A DNA stretch of 49,888 nt, counting the filler, from Streblomastix strix (Eukaryota): NCBI GenBank assembly GCA_008636045.1. It is 3 parts of 3 records of this genome, joined end to end, with 100 filler letters (N's around TTAATTAATTAA, not from the genome) between each part and the next. Parts side by side here need not be neighbours in the genome. Positions count along the whole stretch, not along the records: positions 16,666 to 33,228 come from SNRW01000794.1; positions 33,329 to 49,888 come from SNRW01000795.1; 1 more part is not named here. One strand, given 5' to 3'. Position 1 is the first letter of the stretch. Every line of letters begins with the position of its first letter. Below, piece by piece: positions 29,560 to 42,800 of this stretch. Position numbers and translations under genes: made by a program. Below the pieces are notes generated by a model that was given only the letters and a program-made list of their open reading frames with translations, was not told where the DNA came from and ran no database searches.

Positions 29560-32500
29560 TTATTGTTGGCTAAAGATCTATATAATCAGTTGCAAATAGT
29601 TTGTGTATGAATGGTGCGGCTAACTAACTATTGGGTAATAAGATCGCTTTAGTGTGTATGCCAGTCAGACCATTCTTATTTAGGGATAATTTAGCCATAA
29701 CTCCGTCTTTCTAACCTAGACGAGTATTTGTACACTTCATTATTTTTCCATCAATCGTATCTAATATATTTTATTTAGTTATAACATTTTATTATTAATT
29801 AATTCCCTTTAATTTAATTATTTCCTTTTTAGCGTTAATATAATAATTTTTGGGGATAGTGCTATCATTACATCACCTTCTTTTTCAATCGCTAATCCTA
29901 ATAACTTTTTTTATTCAATTAGGTCATCAGTTGTAGGGAAATAATACTTATAGTTCGTATCATAAAATTATTGATCAGTAATGATAAAGTTAAATCCCTA
30001 ATTAATTGGTTAATTAATGTTACCTGCAACTGCGAAGTACATTGAATCTGTATCTCCTTCAATAAAATGAAACCTATTTTTATCTAAGCACTTATACATA
30101 AAATTATATATGAAATTGAGATACCAATACTTAGCGTTATCTAGGGTAAAATAAGCTTCCTATAATGGAGTTGTACACTTACATTTATCTGTATTTAATT
30201 ATACTGCGTATAGATTATCGTCCAATTAACGTTCATTCATAAAATTACCTGTTAGATGTGAAATAAATGTGTCCGCTTTCGATCTTAATTTTACATTACT
30301 AAATTTTTCAGTGTTCATCCCATCAGAACCATAGCTAGCGTTCATAACTATTTTACAGAATTAATCCAACCCCTTATTATTAGATTTAATAGCTTATATT
30401 CTTTTAGTCATAAATGTGTTAACAAAAGTATTAAATTTATCGTGCTTGGTAAACAAAATAAGTTAACTAATATCATCGATTACAAAATTACAAGTATCAA
30501 TCAAGAACCATAAATAATAAGAACTGAAGGACATAAATTAATCGTGAGTGGATAATAATTAAGTTAGCTTTCTTTCTTCTTTATCTACCTTAATGTTATT
30601 ATTTTTCATAAAGTTATAGGTATAACTACCAATTGTTTGCTCGTTAGTTTAATATGATAAATTTCTAAGAATAGGTGGAAAGTTAATGTGTTGATTAATA
30701 TCTGGAATATGTCCCCGAATTGTTGCGATAAATAATTGACCTGCTAAAGTATATCTAGTTGGGGAATTAATTATATTTAAACAACGTTATTTATTTTATT
30801 CAGTAACATTAATTACTTCTTTAACTGTTCCTGCCATAAACATTTTATGATTAGTGTATGGATTTAGTGGATGGAACTAGCTGCTCATTACACTCGGGTA
30901 TAAAGAATTGAAATCTAATCCTATGATATTAGTTACAACATTATCTAGTTCAATAACTTACACTTTATCCTCGTACACTAATTTTTTTATTTTAGTTTAA
31001 TTAGCTATATTAATTCTGTTCATTACATTAGATAGGCCACCAGTTATCTTATCTCTTAAAGTTTAGTATACTTATTAGTTATTAATTGTTGTAGGTAAAT
31101 TATACTTTTAGCAATATTTTTTTAATTATATCAATAACTTCATCTCTTGATCGTTCCTATTACTTTTGACCTAGTTACAATATAAGCAGCATTATCGTAC
31201 ATTATTCTTACTATGAGATAAGGAATTATTTATTCGGTCTAATGTAGGTTTATTTTTAAAAGTAAATTGATCGTGGCAAATATAACAGGGCTATCTAAAT
31301 AATTTTTGGAAATAATCATAATCACTTTCTTTCACATTATTATCCACGGGTCGATGGGCTAATTTATCTTAAGAAATATAACCTTCTACTTTAGCTTTCC
31401 AATATTAAGGAGTGAGATAGAAAGGTGGATCAAAACTAGTTATACTATAATCACCATCTAACTTGAATTCATTATAGGCTATAGAATACTTGACGGCATT
31501 AGCACATGAAGCCATCGAGATAAATTAGAACATATCTACTTTGTATTCAAAGAATAGGTTAATTAAATTTTTTATCGGTTCAATCATTATTTCGGTATCT
31601 AGTATATTATAATGTTTAAGATATTCCCATCTGTTATTAAATTATTTATAATCCTAGAGATAAATTTAGTATTCTTAATCGGTAATCGAACTATTTTTCA
31701 ACGTGTTATTGAAATCAGATTATTTAAATGGAATAGATTAATTTAACTATTCTTCATAATTATCCCCCATTAGATCGTACGGAAATAATCCCTTACTTTA
31801 TTATTAGTTTGAAAAATTAAGTACAAATTAATTCAAGGTCATTGGTGGTGCTACATATAGGAAAGCATCTAGAAATTTAAGCTTCACGGATAAATTATTG
31901 TGTGAAATAATTAACTACTTACAGAATTAAGAAGTACCTAAATAGCTAGTTATCTTCCATTAACTCGAAGATAAATAGGGGAATAATATCGACATATCAA
32001 ACTTAGCAGAGTTATATCCAAGGATAGGAACCTCGATTGAATAAGGAATGAGTTCATCTTCATAATTGTTAGCATTTATGCCAGCGCCGTAGGCGTTATC
32101 TTGTTTAATTTATACAGCTTCTTTAAATATTTAATTTAACCATTAATTAACGAAGTTATCTGTTCGAATATCGTAATAAATAGATTTAATACCTTTAGAG
32201 GAATAAATAGTGCTCGCAACTGACAAGGGGATTAATTTTGATATTAATTTACTATTTTTACCAAAATTAGTATTTATTTTTTATTCATATGTTTCGAAGT
32301 CATAAGTGATAAAGTATTAAGTTGGTTTAAATTCACTAGTTCTATTATTAGCGAGTAGATAACGATAGGTCTTATTTTACATGATATGTGGTACGAACGG
32401 TCGTTATATGTTATCTAACATAACTTATTTCTTAATTTATCCTTTATTCTATCTACACTTATCTATATGCTTAGCCATGTTATCTTTAGTGTGTGAATCA

Positions 32501-33228
32501 ACTTGAAAACAATGATTCTAGCAAATTGGGCAAAATAATAGGCCAGACAATCGTTCTTTATCTGTAACTAATAATGTGTGGATATTTATACCATTTAGTT
32601 CTTCAGATTAAATTAGTAATAAATTTATTTCGTTATCATTTATGGTGTTATCTGATTCAAGCAACTGTGTTGCCGCCAACTCTGTTGGTATCGGGAAAGA
32701 TTAAGCTAGATAATAGCGAAAGGAACTGTCGTCTTATTCATAGGAAAATAAGTTAACTGATAAATTAAAGTGTTTGTGGATTAATTATATATCTGTTGCG
32801 TAATTGAATCCTTCGAAAGTTTTAGGATTAAATTCACCATAAAATAGATTCCCTATTTCCTTCATCTTTGCAAGTACTTATTTATCACTGAATCTTTTTT
32901 CCTTACTGTCTTTAAGTTAATATCTGGCAATTGCTTCCAGTACGCAAGTATTAGGATAAGGTGAGTTAACATATCTCAAACATTAGCGCTTCTTAGATAA
33001 ATGTAATTTTATACTCGGAATTGATTTACCACTGATTGGAAGTAGATAAGTTATTGCGCACATTGAATAAATAGCTATATATTTTTCCTTTGTATCTGTT
33101 AATGTCCGCTCTTATATCGATATAATTAGTGATTCAATATAATTTTTATATAGTTCAACATCTTATTAACTACGTATTAATATCGGAGCTCTTCTTTCGG
33201 TCATTGATTCTCTAGGTATAATATATCC
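29546..33228 (-). CDS. polB: Second protein-primed family B DNA polymerase (5'-truncated; one-base frameshift at 29847-29851)
   Basis: TYDFETY, GYNSAKFD, KGLFPYD, HYNILDT, the HNH-like CYIC..TLDRINN..CCLYCN module, KITGGLS, LDFNSLYPS, KIVMNASYG and EGDTDS. The frame shifts at ALSPK/NYY. Confidence 0.9.
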
Positions 33229-33328
33229 NNNNNNNNNNNNNNNNNNNNNNNNNNNNNNNNNNNNNNNNNNNNTTAATTAATTAANNNNNNNNNNNNNNNN
33301 NNNNNNNNNNNNNNNNNNNNNNNNNNNN
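33229..33328. other. Artificial contig linker (N-TTAATTAATTAA-N)
   Basis: Same 100-nt cassette as 16566-16665. Confidence 0.97.
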
Positions 33329-35967
33329 TCCAAAGTCATAAAGCTACAACAAAAATAGGAGAAAAATGAGGAAGAATTAATTAAATTATAGAAAAATATT
33401 GATAAATACAGTAAAGAAATAGAGTAGATAAGGAATAAGATGGAGAATGAAGTGAAAGAGAAAGAGTAGATCATTGAGAAGGAGATGAAGGAAGCAAAAA
33501 GAGAAATGAGAGTTTGTTTATATAATTATAATATAGTTTTATTTTACATTATATATATTTATCTATTAATTCTATCTTAACATCATATTTTGCTCCTTTT
33601 TTAACTCAATAGGCTATTGAAGCATCTCTGGATCAGATTTACATAGAAAATCAACAAATTGAGAAGAAAATGCAAAATATTACACAAGTATTCATAATTT
33701 TACATATAATTAAATAATGAAAATAATAAAATTAAAATTATTTATTGTATAATAAATTAGGAAATAGAAGAATTAGAAGCAGACTTAAAAGAGAAAGAAG
33801 AAAGTGCAAATGGATTAATGAGTACAATTAAAGAGGATGAAAGACAATTGAAAGAGAAATTTGGAGAAGAGATGAATATTTAACTGAAAATATAAATGGA
33901 AGTATAAATGGATAAAAATATTGAAAATATTGAAGAAGAAAAAGAAGAAAATAACAATAAAGAAGAAGAAATTAAGAAGTAATATAAGATGATGATTAAA
34001 GATGAAGATGATGAAGAAGTTGAATTAGATATAAATAAAGAAAAATTGGAGGAGAAAACCGAATAAGGGAAAAATAGCTCAAAAAAGTAAAGAAGAAAGA
34101 AAATGATTATTAAAGATGATAATGATGATGAAGAAGAAGATAAAATAAATACTGTTTAATATAAAGACGAAGTGAATATTAAAAACATTAAAACAAAATA
34201 ATCCAAAAAGAACAATAAAAATCAACAACAAACATTTTCATCTCCATCTCCATCAATTACTCTTCCTACATTAATTGATGAATATGAATTACTTGCATAA
34301 TTGACTAAGATGAATTCTGAGATGGGTGAAATTGCTGTGGATATTGAAGGAAGAAGAAGTATTAATTTTACAAATATTTATATTAATAATATTAAACATT
34401 AAATTAATTACATATTATTTTACTATATTAATTTATAGGTCAATTAAGAATGGATCTTGTAGAAGAGAGTAAGAAATGTGAAGAGGATATGACATTAATA
34501 AGAGAAAGAGATGGTACATAAATATAAATATGTTTATATTTATATTTATAAATATATTTATATTAAATTGTTTATAATTTTATTTATTCTATTCAATATG
34601 AATAAAATAGAGAAACTCGCTACAGTTATTTCTGCTGCACAAGATGAGTTATCTGCTTAAGAAGAGGAAAGAATGAACAAATTGACTGGTATATTTAATA
34701 ATTTGTATATAAAACTTTCTTATTATATATATACAAATTAATTTCAATATATCATTTATTATTATTCTTTCATTTATTATTAATATTAAAACAGCTGCAG
34801 TTACACTCCTCAATTCACATTACTCTCGAATATACAGATTATTAACAGATGATGAAGGAGATGCATAATTGACATCTCATACAAGTTCAAAGACATTAGC
34901 TATGAGAATGGGAATTGGAATGATGGTATATGTTTATATATATATATATAAGAAGATATTGAAATATAAATAATTAAAAGCAATATTAGTTATAATTATT
35001 AATTTGAATTAATATTATTCATTATTTATTATTAATCAGGTTCGACCTCCGAGTAGTACTCGTGTATGGGTTGACTTCTCTCAACTATCTGGTTTGTAAT
35101 ATAAACATTGATAGAAATAATTTAATTTGCATTTCTTCACATTTTTGAATTTATTAATTTGTTATTTAATGTTTTATATCAATATTCAAAGGTGGTTAAT
35201 AGTCTCTTGCTAGCATAGCTCTTCTATTAGCGTTTCATGCAGCATTCCCAGGTCCATTCATATTAATGGATGAGGTGGAAGGTTGAATAATTAATTATTA
35301 TATATTTATTGATAATTAATATTTATCATTTCTATATATATAAACAGGTGCACTTGATGCAACTTATGCAGCTCGTGTTGCTGATGTCCTCAGAACTGGA
35401 GCTGTATTTGGATATAATGATGACATCAATACTCCTGATGATATTGATGAAGATGATGAAGATGATGAAGAATATTTGTTTAAAGACAATAATACCTTAG
35501 AAATGGAAAAACAAAACCAAATAATATAATTAAAAGAAGAATAAGAAATATAGAGGTTGAAATAATAATCATCACTTCTAAACCCAATCCTGATTAAGTC
35601 TATTATGAAATGGAATAAGAAAAAAAAAAAATATGATAAATAACTTCACAATGAATAGTATTAGAGTGATATAATAATGCCAAGAATGAATATAGGAATG
35701 AGAAGCTATTAATCATATTCATAACCATCATAATTACAAAGACCATCATTTCACAGGCCACAGCTCATTATTGTTACTCTAAGACGCGCCATGTATGCCC
35801 ATTCTCCAGTTGTAGTTGGCTGTTTCCACTTGAATGGATCAACGCACACAGCTTCTGTGGAATTCATAACCTAAATGCAGCTAAAGAAGCGCGAGCAAAA
35901 AGAAATAGAGAAGCAGCAAGTCCTGGAGAAGGATCAATCTTCTGAGAATCAAGGGCTAAATGCCTGA
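33329..35967 (+). CDS. SMC-family ATPase, C-terminal coiled coil and head (5'-truncated, multi-exon)
   Basis: Long coiled coil, then QLSG|GQQSLASIALLLAF..PGPFILMDEVE|GALD and QLIIVTLRRAMY..VVG; AT-rich GT-AG introns. Confidence 0.8.
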
Positions 35968-36538
35968 TATTTGTTGATTGATAAATAAAATGTAAATTTA
36001 TATTAAAATACTGACGAAACTCAGACGAATTTTATTTTTTTGAAACGATTTTTTCATTAACGAATGCATACATTAACACTTTTACAATTTATTTTTCACT
36101 AACAAATCCAATGATAACCGCAATTTCACCTTATTGACATTACACAAATCTTTTTTGATGTGAATTTTGAATTTTTATTTTCCTGCTTGTAATAATATAT
36201 ATTATATTAAAAAATAAATTTAATTATATTTAAACTGCACTTAAAATATTTTATACAATTTAAAAAACATGTTTTATAGTTAAAATAGCGCAGATTGATA
36301 AACAAACTAAAAACTAAGAATATCACCACAAATAGAACGAATGACATTGTCTATTATTATTTTTTATTCTAAACTAGTTAATTCAAACTAATTTTTATTA
36401 AAAATATAGATGAAATAACTGCCACTTTTTTAAATATTATATGATGTTAATTATTCTGTATAAGAATAAATCATATAATCATCATTCTATTTACAATTAT
36501 TTTTTAAAATATTTTTTTTCTCAGAAATTTGTATAATA

Positions 36539-37473
36539 ATGAGTCTTTAGAAAGGAAACATAAAGAGAACAAGAGCTCAAAAGTATTAAAACTCATTTGC
36601 ATACAAAATTAAAGCGAAATTATAACCTGAAGATGCTAAATTAGCTGGTTTACCTATATCGTAATACTTATGTCCATCATGCGAGTAAATTATTGCGTGG
36701 AAGAAATAATATAATAAATATAAACCACTAACAGCCCCAAGAAGATGGTATATTCAAATATTTTTAAAGATCAAAATAATTCCCTCTATTTTTTTAATAA
36801 CAGTTCAACATGTAGTGAAAAAAATGTTGTATTTGCTTATATGGTACATTGTGAAAATTGCTGCAAGAAAGATAACAAATGTGCGAAGTGCTCCGGTGCT
36901 GATTTAATTAAACTTCGGTATATCATATTTTCTCATTTCCTTAATTCGTATATTTTGTATTTTTAATTTTATTTTCAACATATATATTTAATAAATTATT
37001 TATTTATCTCAGACAAGAAAAACCAATTGAAAAAACAAATAATTCTACAAAAACGCATAAAGAGCACAAGTGTTGTTGTGAAGAAGATGTGAGAAGTATG
37101 AGTACAGAAGAAATATTAACTCATTTTCCAGAATATAGAAAAGGTTTGGATTTAATTTGTATATTCTTTATTTCATTTGGATTATTTATGATATTTGTAG
37201 AATTTGAAGAAAAAGGAAGACTGCCTGAAAGAATACTTAAGACAATTGAAAGGAGGATAGCTAAAGGAGAAGGGCATGATTTATTTTTAAATTTCTTTCA
37301 TTTAACTCATATTTTCATATTTATTCAATTGTTGATTATTATATAGACATCATGAACACAAACATGGGAAACATTCTGATGAGTAGAACATCAAACATTA
37401 ATCACAGTCTGGAGAACATAGCAGTGATGATGATGATGAAGATTCTGATGAAGCGATGTTTGATGATCTTTGA
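36539..37473 (+). CDS. C9orf85: C9orf85/DUF2039-like Zn-binding protein (multi-exon)
   Basis: MSLQKGNIKRTRAQKYQNSFAY..LCPSCEQIIAWKKQYNKYKPLTAPRRC..C..KNV..AY..HCENC....KCAKC, with an acidic tail. Confidence 0.8.
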
Positions 37474-37658
37474 TTATTGAATCACTTCACAAGAGGAGTT
37501 TACATTTCATTTTGTAAATAAACATAATTTTTAATTGGGAAATATGCAAATATAAATCAATGATTCACTTATTATATTGTAATTGTTAGAATATATATAA
37601 AAAAAACCTCTTCATGTAAAAAAGAGTTGCTAATTATTTCTTTAAATTTTGCAACTCA

Positions 37659-39168
37659 TCATTCATAAGTAAGTTTCTGGTTTGAACTTGATTTCCTCTT
37701 GGAAAGATCACTTTCCAAGCTTTGACTGATGAAAAAAGATAAGAAAAAACATTAATAAAAATATATAAATAAAAAAGATCAAACATTTTCTTTTATAATT
37801 TAGAAACTTCATCCATAAGAAAATGTTCACGATCATTTGCAAGATGAAAAGCACTAACAGCCATATTTTTTGCTTCAACAGCATCTTTAGAAGTTTTTTC
37901 AAGCTCAACAATCTTAAATTAAGATTCATTTCTCATAGTTGTTAATTCATCAGTTCTTCTTCCAAGTTCATCTCTGACTCTTTTAAGATCTTCCTTCATT
38001 CGACTGACTTCTGCATTTAATCTGCTGATTTCACCTTCATATTTGGATTTCATTTCATTTTCAACGCGTTTTTAAATTTATTTTTGTAAATGTTACATTT
38101 CAGAGTCAGTTAAATTTGTTTATTCACTTTTTTGATTAGAAGATGTACCAGATGGAGTTGCAGATGCTGATGGAGATCGTGATGAAGTGCGTTTGGTTGA
38201 GTCAGATGATATAAAATGTGCCAATTCAGAGTCTGTTTAATGTCCGTGAATTGATTTATGCTTGCCGTAATGATCATTCCCTGTTCCAGATAATTTTTAA
38301 TCGTTTTTACTTTAAATTGGATCGATGTGCTCAAAGACCTAACTAACATTTAATGCTTATCCGTCATCCAGCATAATTCTCTTAAGTCCAACAGATTAAT
38401 CAATTATCTATGAGCTATCCATACTTATATCATCAGAATCAATATCCATATCATCTCCTATTCCAAATTTTTCATGTGAATGAGGTTGATCTAATGCTTA
38501 TATACCATATTTCTCGTGTTTATGAGGTTAGTGTGTTGAGTGATGGCCAGTCTTTTCCTGAAGATGAGTAATATTTGACATATATGATTATAAATAGTAA
38601 TAGTTTGATTACCTTCTTTTACTATTCATGCTATTTCCGTTTTAAAGATCTTGTGCAATTCATACATAATGGTTGACCACCGACCTTCTCCAGTTTATCA
38701 GCAGGTTTGTTAAAAGCAGCATTGACATGGCAGTTACTGCACTCTACTGGTGGTCCATATCTACAGAAACAGTTAAAGTAAATAAAATAATTATAAGCTA
38801 AAAGGAATGCAAATTTAAGAGTTACTAACTTCTCTTCAAATGATACACAATATTTGCATTTGTCTCCTGAAAAAGCTGATTGCATCTCACAGTACACACA
38901 GAATCGTGGTTATCCAAATCTATCAAATTATTTTTAACATTCAATACATACTGCTTTTTTCTAAGAAGCAAGTTAATGGAAGTCTATTCCACAGTAAACA
39001 CAAAATACACGTGGTAATGTTCTAAGACAATGTGTACAAAGTTTTTCACCTCGTGAAGCTTCGCTATAAATTGGCAATATAGGTATTATAATGTAAAAAT
39101 GGAGCATACATATCTGCTTAGCGAGTTGAACAATTTCGACACTAAGTTGCTTTGTTTATCTGGTGCAT
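37659..39168 (-). CDS. FAM76: FAM76-like Cys-rich/coiled-coil protein (multi-exon)
   Basis: YCEMQSAFSGDKCKYCVSFEEK|YGPPVECSNC..NAAF...EKVGGQPLCMNCTRSLKRK, then a His-rich linker and C-terminal coiled coil. The 3' end is approximate. Confidence 0.75.
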
Positions 39169-39863
39169 TAATTCTTAAAACAATTAAGAAAAAAAAAATT
39201 TAATAATTTTTTTTCATTTGAGATTTTTGTGTTCTCTCAGTCATTTTGGATAGTATTATTATGCATATATATCTATTACAGTAAGTAAGTCTATATGATC
39301 TATGATTCATGTTTATAGTTGATTTGATTATAAAATAAAAATAAAAAAAAAATTATTTTACGATATGAGGTTAATAAAAGCACATATTTCAATAAAAATA
39401 TTATAATTATGATTTATTCATGTTAGTATGCTAATTATGTACATAAGAATATATATTATATTCAATATATTGAATTGTTTCCGTTTTTAAGTTGGATTTT
39501 ATCTGGTTTTAAACATTAATTAGAAATATACAGCGCATGTAGCTATTAAGAACTGAATATAACTATAAATTGCAATAATACATAATTAATCAATTGAATA
39601 TATATAATTTATTAATTATTTTGTTTGGCCAAGAGCAGAAATTTAAAATTTCAATTTAATTCTCGCATTTAGTTCCCCAGTAACTCTTTTAATTTAAATA
39701 ATATTAGTTTAATACATATTACTTTTCAATACAATTTTTTGGTATATTAGCATACATTTAACTATAGAAATAAAAAAATAGTTAATTAAGGTTTATTCCA
39801 ACCATAATAAACGAGCGAATGATTTTATTTATTTTACAGGAAGAAAACTCTTCATTTTCCGCT

Positions 39864-42800
39864 TCATTGCTTAGCATTTTCGCTTTTGACATATGCATCA
39901 ACCATTGCTCTAGCTTTCACAAAGATAGCTGATACCCTTTCTTTCCCATTATCTGATTTCACTGAAAGGCAATCTATATGAGAAATAAAGAGAAAATGAA
40001 ATAATATATAAAAAATAAGAAACAAATATTAATAACAAACCATACAACGCCGGAACAGGCTGCCCCAATTCCAAATATGCAGTTGCTCTCCTTGCATAAC
40101 ACTTGTCTGATATAGCCTCTGCATTCTCAACATGATCAACATCAGCTAAGTGAAGAGCTCTTGTTGCAGCTGATATACATTCACGCCATGATTCACGCCT
40201 CAGTGCAGCTTCAGCAGTGTTTGCCAATGCAGCCATTCTAACAGACGGGTTAGATTATGAATAAGGAAGCACTTCAGCGAATGTCTGCGATGACCCAATC
40301 AGATCTCCTTATGAAAATATGGAGTTTCCTTTCTATTTAAGTTGTACAGCAACAGCGCTACAATCTGCACGTTCAGCTCTGGTCTGCCCAATTAGAGCCT
40401 GATATTCATCCAATATTGAACTAACACGTGTTTGAAGGGTAAGTGGGAATAGAGATTAGAATTAAAGAATGGACCCTTCATTTTACTTCCAATTCTTTTT
40501 TCTTCTATTTAATCGTTTTCCACATCCACATGGGCACATGTCTTTTAGTATAATACGTGAATTCATCAATTTATATGCTTTCTCCAATTCTTTCTAATTT
40601 TGTATTTCTTTCTCTTTCTCTTATTATATCTCTTTTTATTTCTACTTTTCTTTTTCCAAGCGATTTTTTTCATATTCTAAAACTCTATCAATTTATTTCT
40701 TTCTTTCTTTTTTAATCTCTTCTTCTCTTTCTTTCTCTTTTTATTCATTTTCCTTTTCTTTTTCTTTCTCTTATTTTTATTATTTCTCTTTTTCTTATTA
40801 TTTTTCTTTCTCTTATAATTTCTCTTATTCTTTCTATTATTCTTTCTCCTTTTCTATTTCTTATTCCTTCTTCTCTATATTTTCCTTACTTGGTGATTGT
40901 CTAGGATGGAATGAAGACATAATTGGAATCGCAGGAGATGGAGAATGAAAGAAAGATAGTTTGGATGATTGAGTTTATGGTCCTGACTACAAATTAGCTG
41001 AATTTTGATTGCTTTAATTTAGATTGAATGATTATAAAGATGGAAGATATTATGCATCAATTGATGAATGCTATGTCTGTTATGCTGATTATTATTATTA
41101 TTATTACTAATTCTAATTCTGATTGAATGACAGAGTATGTGGAGTGAATGCAAATGATTGAGCCAATGAAGATGAGAGTGATGATGATAATGAAGAAGAT
41201 AAAGAGAAAGCATTGTTATTCTGAGATGAAGATAATGGGTTTAATTATAATGAAGAAGAAGTAGATAATGAAGATGAGGAATGTGGTTATGGATGAAGAG
41301 TTAATAGAAATGGATTAGAATCAGTCTAAGCTGGAGATTGAAAATTATAGTCTGATGGATTTGATTGTTATGAATCAGATGATAGTGATGCTGGTGTTAT
41401 AGAACTTTCTATTAGTTTGCTTCCTGATCCTTTCAATTTCAATTTCAATTCTTCTTTAACATTCTCCTCATCATTTAATTAAACAGAATCACTCTTCGTT
41501 TCTTTCAATTATTCTTCATTCTTTTCTGTTTCGATTTATTTTTACGTTTCAGCAACTTCCAAAATCTCCAATTTTTTCAGTTAATCTTCATTTTGATTCA
41601 TTTTATCTTATTCATCCTCTATCTGTTGTTCAAATTCTTTCTTTTTTTCTTCCAAATCGATCTATTTTTATTATGTTTCTTATTATTTCTATTTAAGATC
41701 ACTCAATTATTTCAATAATTCGTCTCTTTCTTCTTCTTTTCTTCTCTTAGTTTCAATCAGCTTTTCTTTTTCTTCTTTCTTCTTCTCAAGTTAATCTTCC
41801 ATATCTTATATACGATTCAACATTGACATTATCTCACTTTATTAACCTTCTATTTCAACTACTTATTCCTTCTTTTGTTCTTTTAATTCACTTTCTTCTA
41901 TTATTTCTTCTTCCGTTTCCTCCTCTTCATTATCTTCATCAATGTATTTATCAACATTTTTAGTACTAATTCCTTCATTAACTATTGGATATGATTAACA
42001 TAATGATATGATTCTTGAGAGTAATTAATTTAGACGTGCTGTTGGTGATCTTCTTCCAAACACGAATGATACAGCATGCGTGTGTTGACATTCTGCACAA
42101 TCAAGAACGGCTTCTAATGCATCATTGAATGGGGTTGGCTAATTATATTATTATAGATTAGAATCAATCATTTTCTCATATTATTCGATATCATTATCAT
42201 TATCATCATCATAATATTCATCATCATAATCATCATCTTCTTCACCTTCATCATATTCTTCTTCATCATCTTCTTCTTCATCATCATCATCTTCTTCTTC
42301 TTCTTCAGTATGCTCTTTTTATTTCTCTTTTTCATTATTTGATGATTGATAATTTGCTCTTGGAGGATGAAGAAGATAATCTTATTAAACTTCTTAATTC
42401 TATTCTTTATCATTTTCATTATTTAATTTCTATTCTTTTTCAATCTTTTATTCTTTAATATCAATTTATTTTATTTCTTTCTTTTCATTATCTTTCACTT
42501 ATTCTTTCACTTATTCTTTTTCATTCTCTTATTCTTTCTACTTTGTAAGTCTCTCATTAATTCTATCTTATACTTCATCTGATCTTGATCTGTATTTATC
42601 AACAAATATTCCAAACTTCTAATAAAATTCTATTTCTTTTATATTAATCAATTAACGAGGGTCCTTATGAACATGAAGAAGATTCAAGAATAATTCTGCA
42701 GCTATTAGAGTTGTGCTTTATTGTCTGAGTAATGAAGGAAGTGCTGCAACAATTCGATATATACCAAATTATTTGTTAAGTTAATTATTCTATTTATCTT

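Larger units (their letters stand above)
29200..33228 (-). mobile_element. Second, divergent Polinton-like element B (partial, inverted relative to A)
   Basis: Carries a second pPolB and a homologue of the element A microprotein; clearly diverged at the DNA level. Confidence 0.8.

Noticed and set aside
42168..42419. M/K-rich ORF
   Set aside because: Alternate-frame reading of an acidic D/E tract within the 39864-44020 gene.
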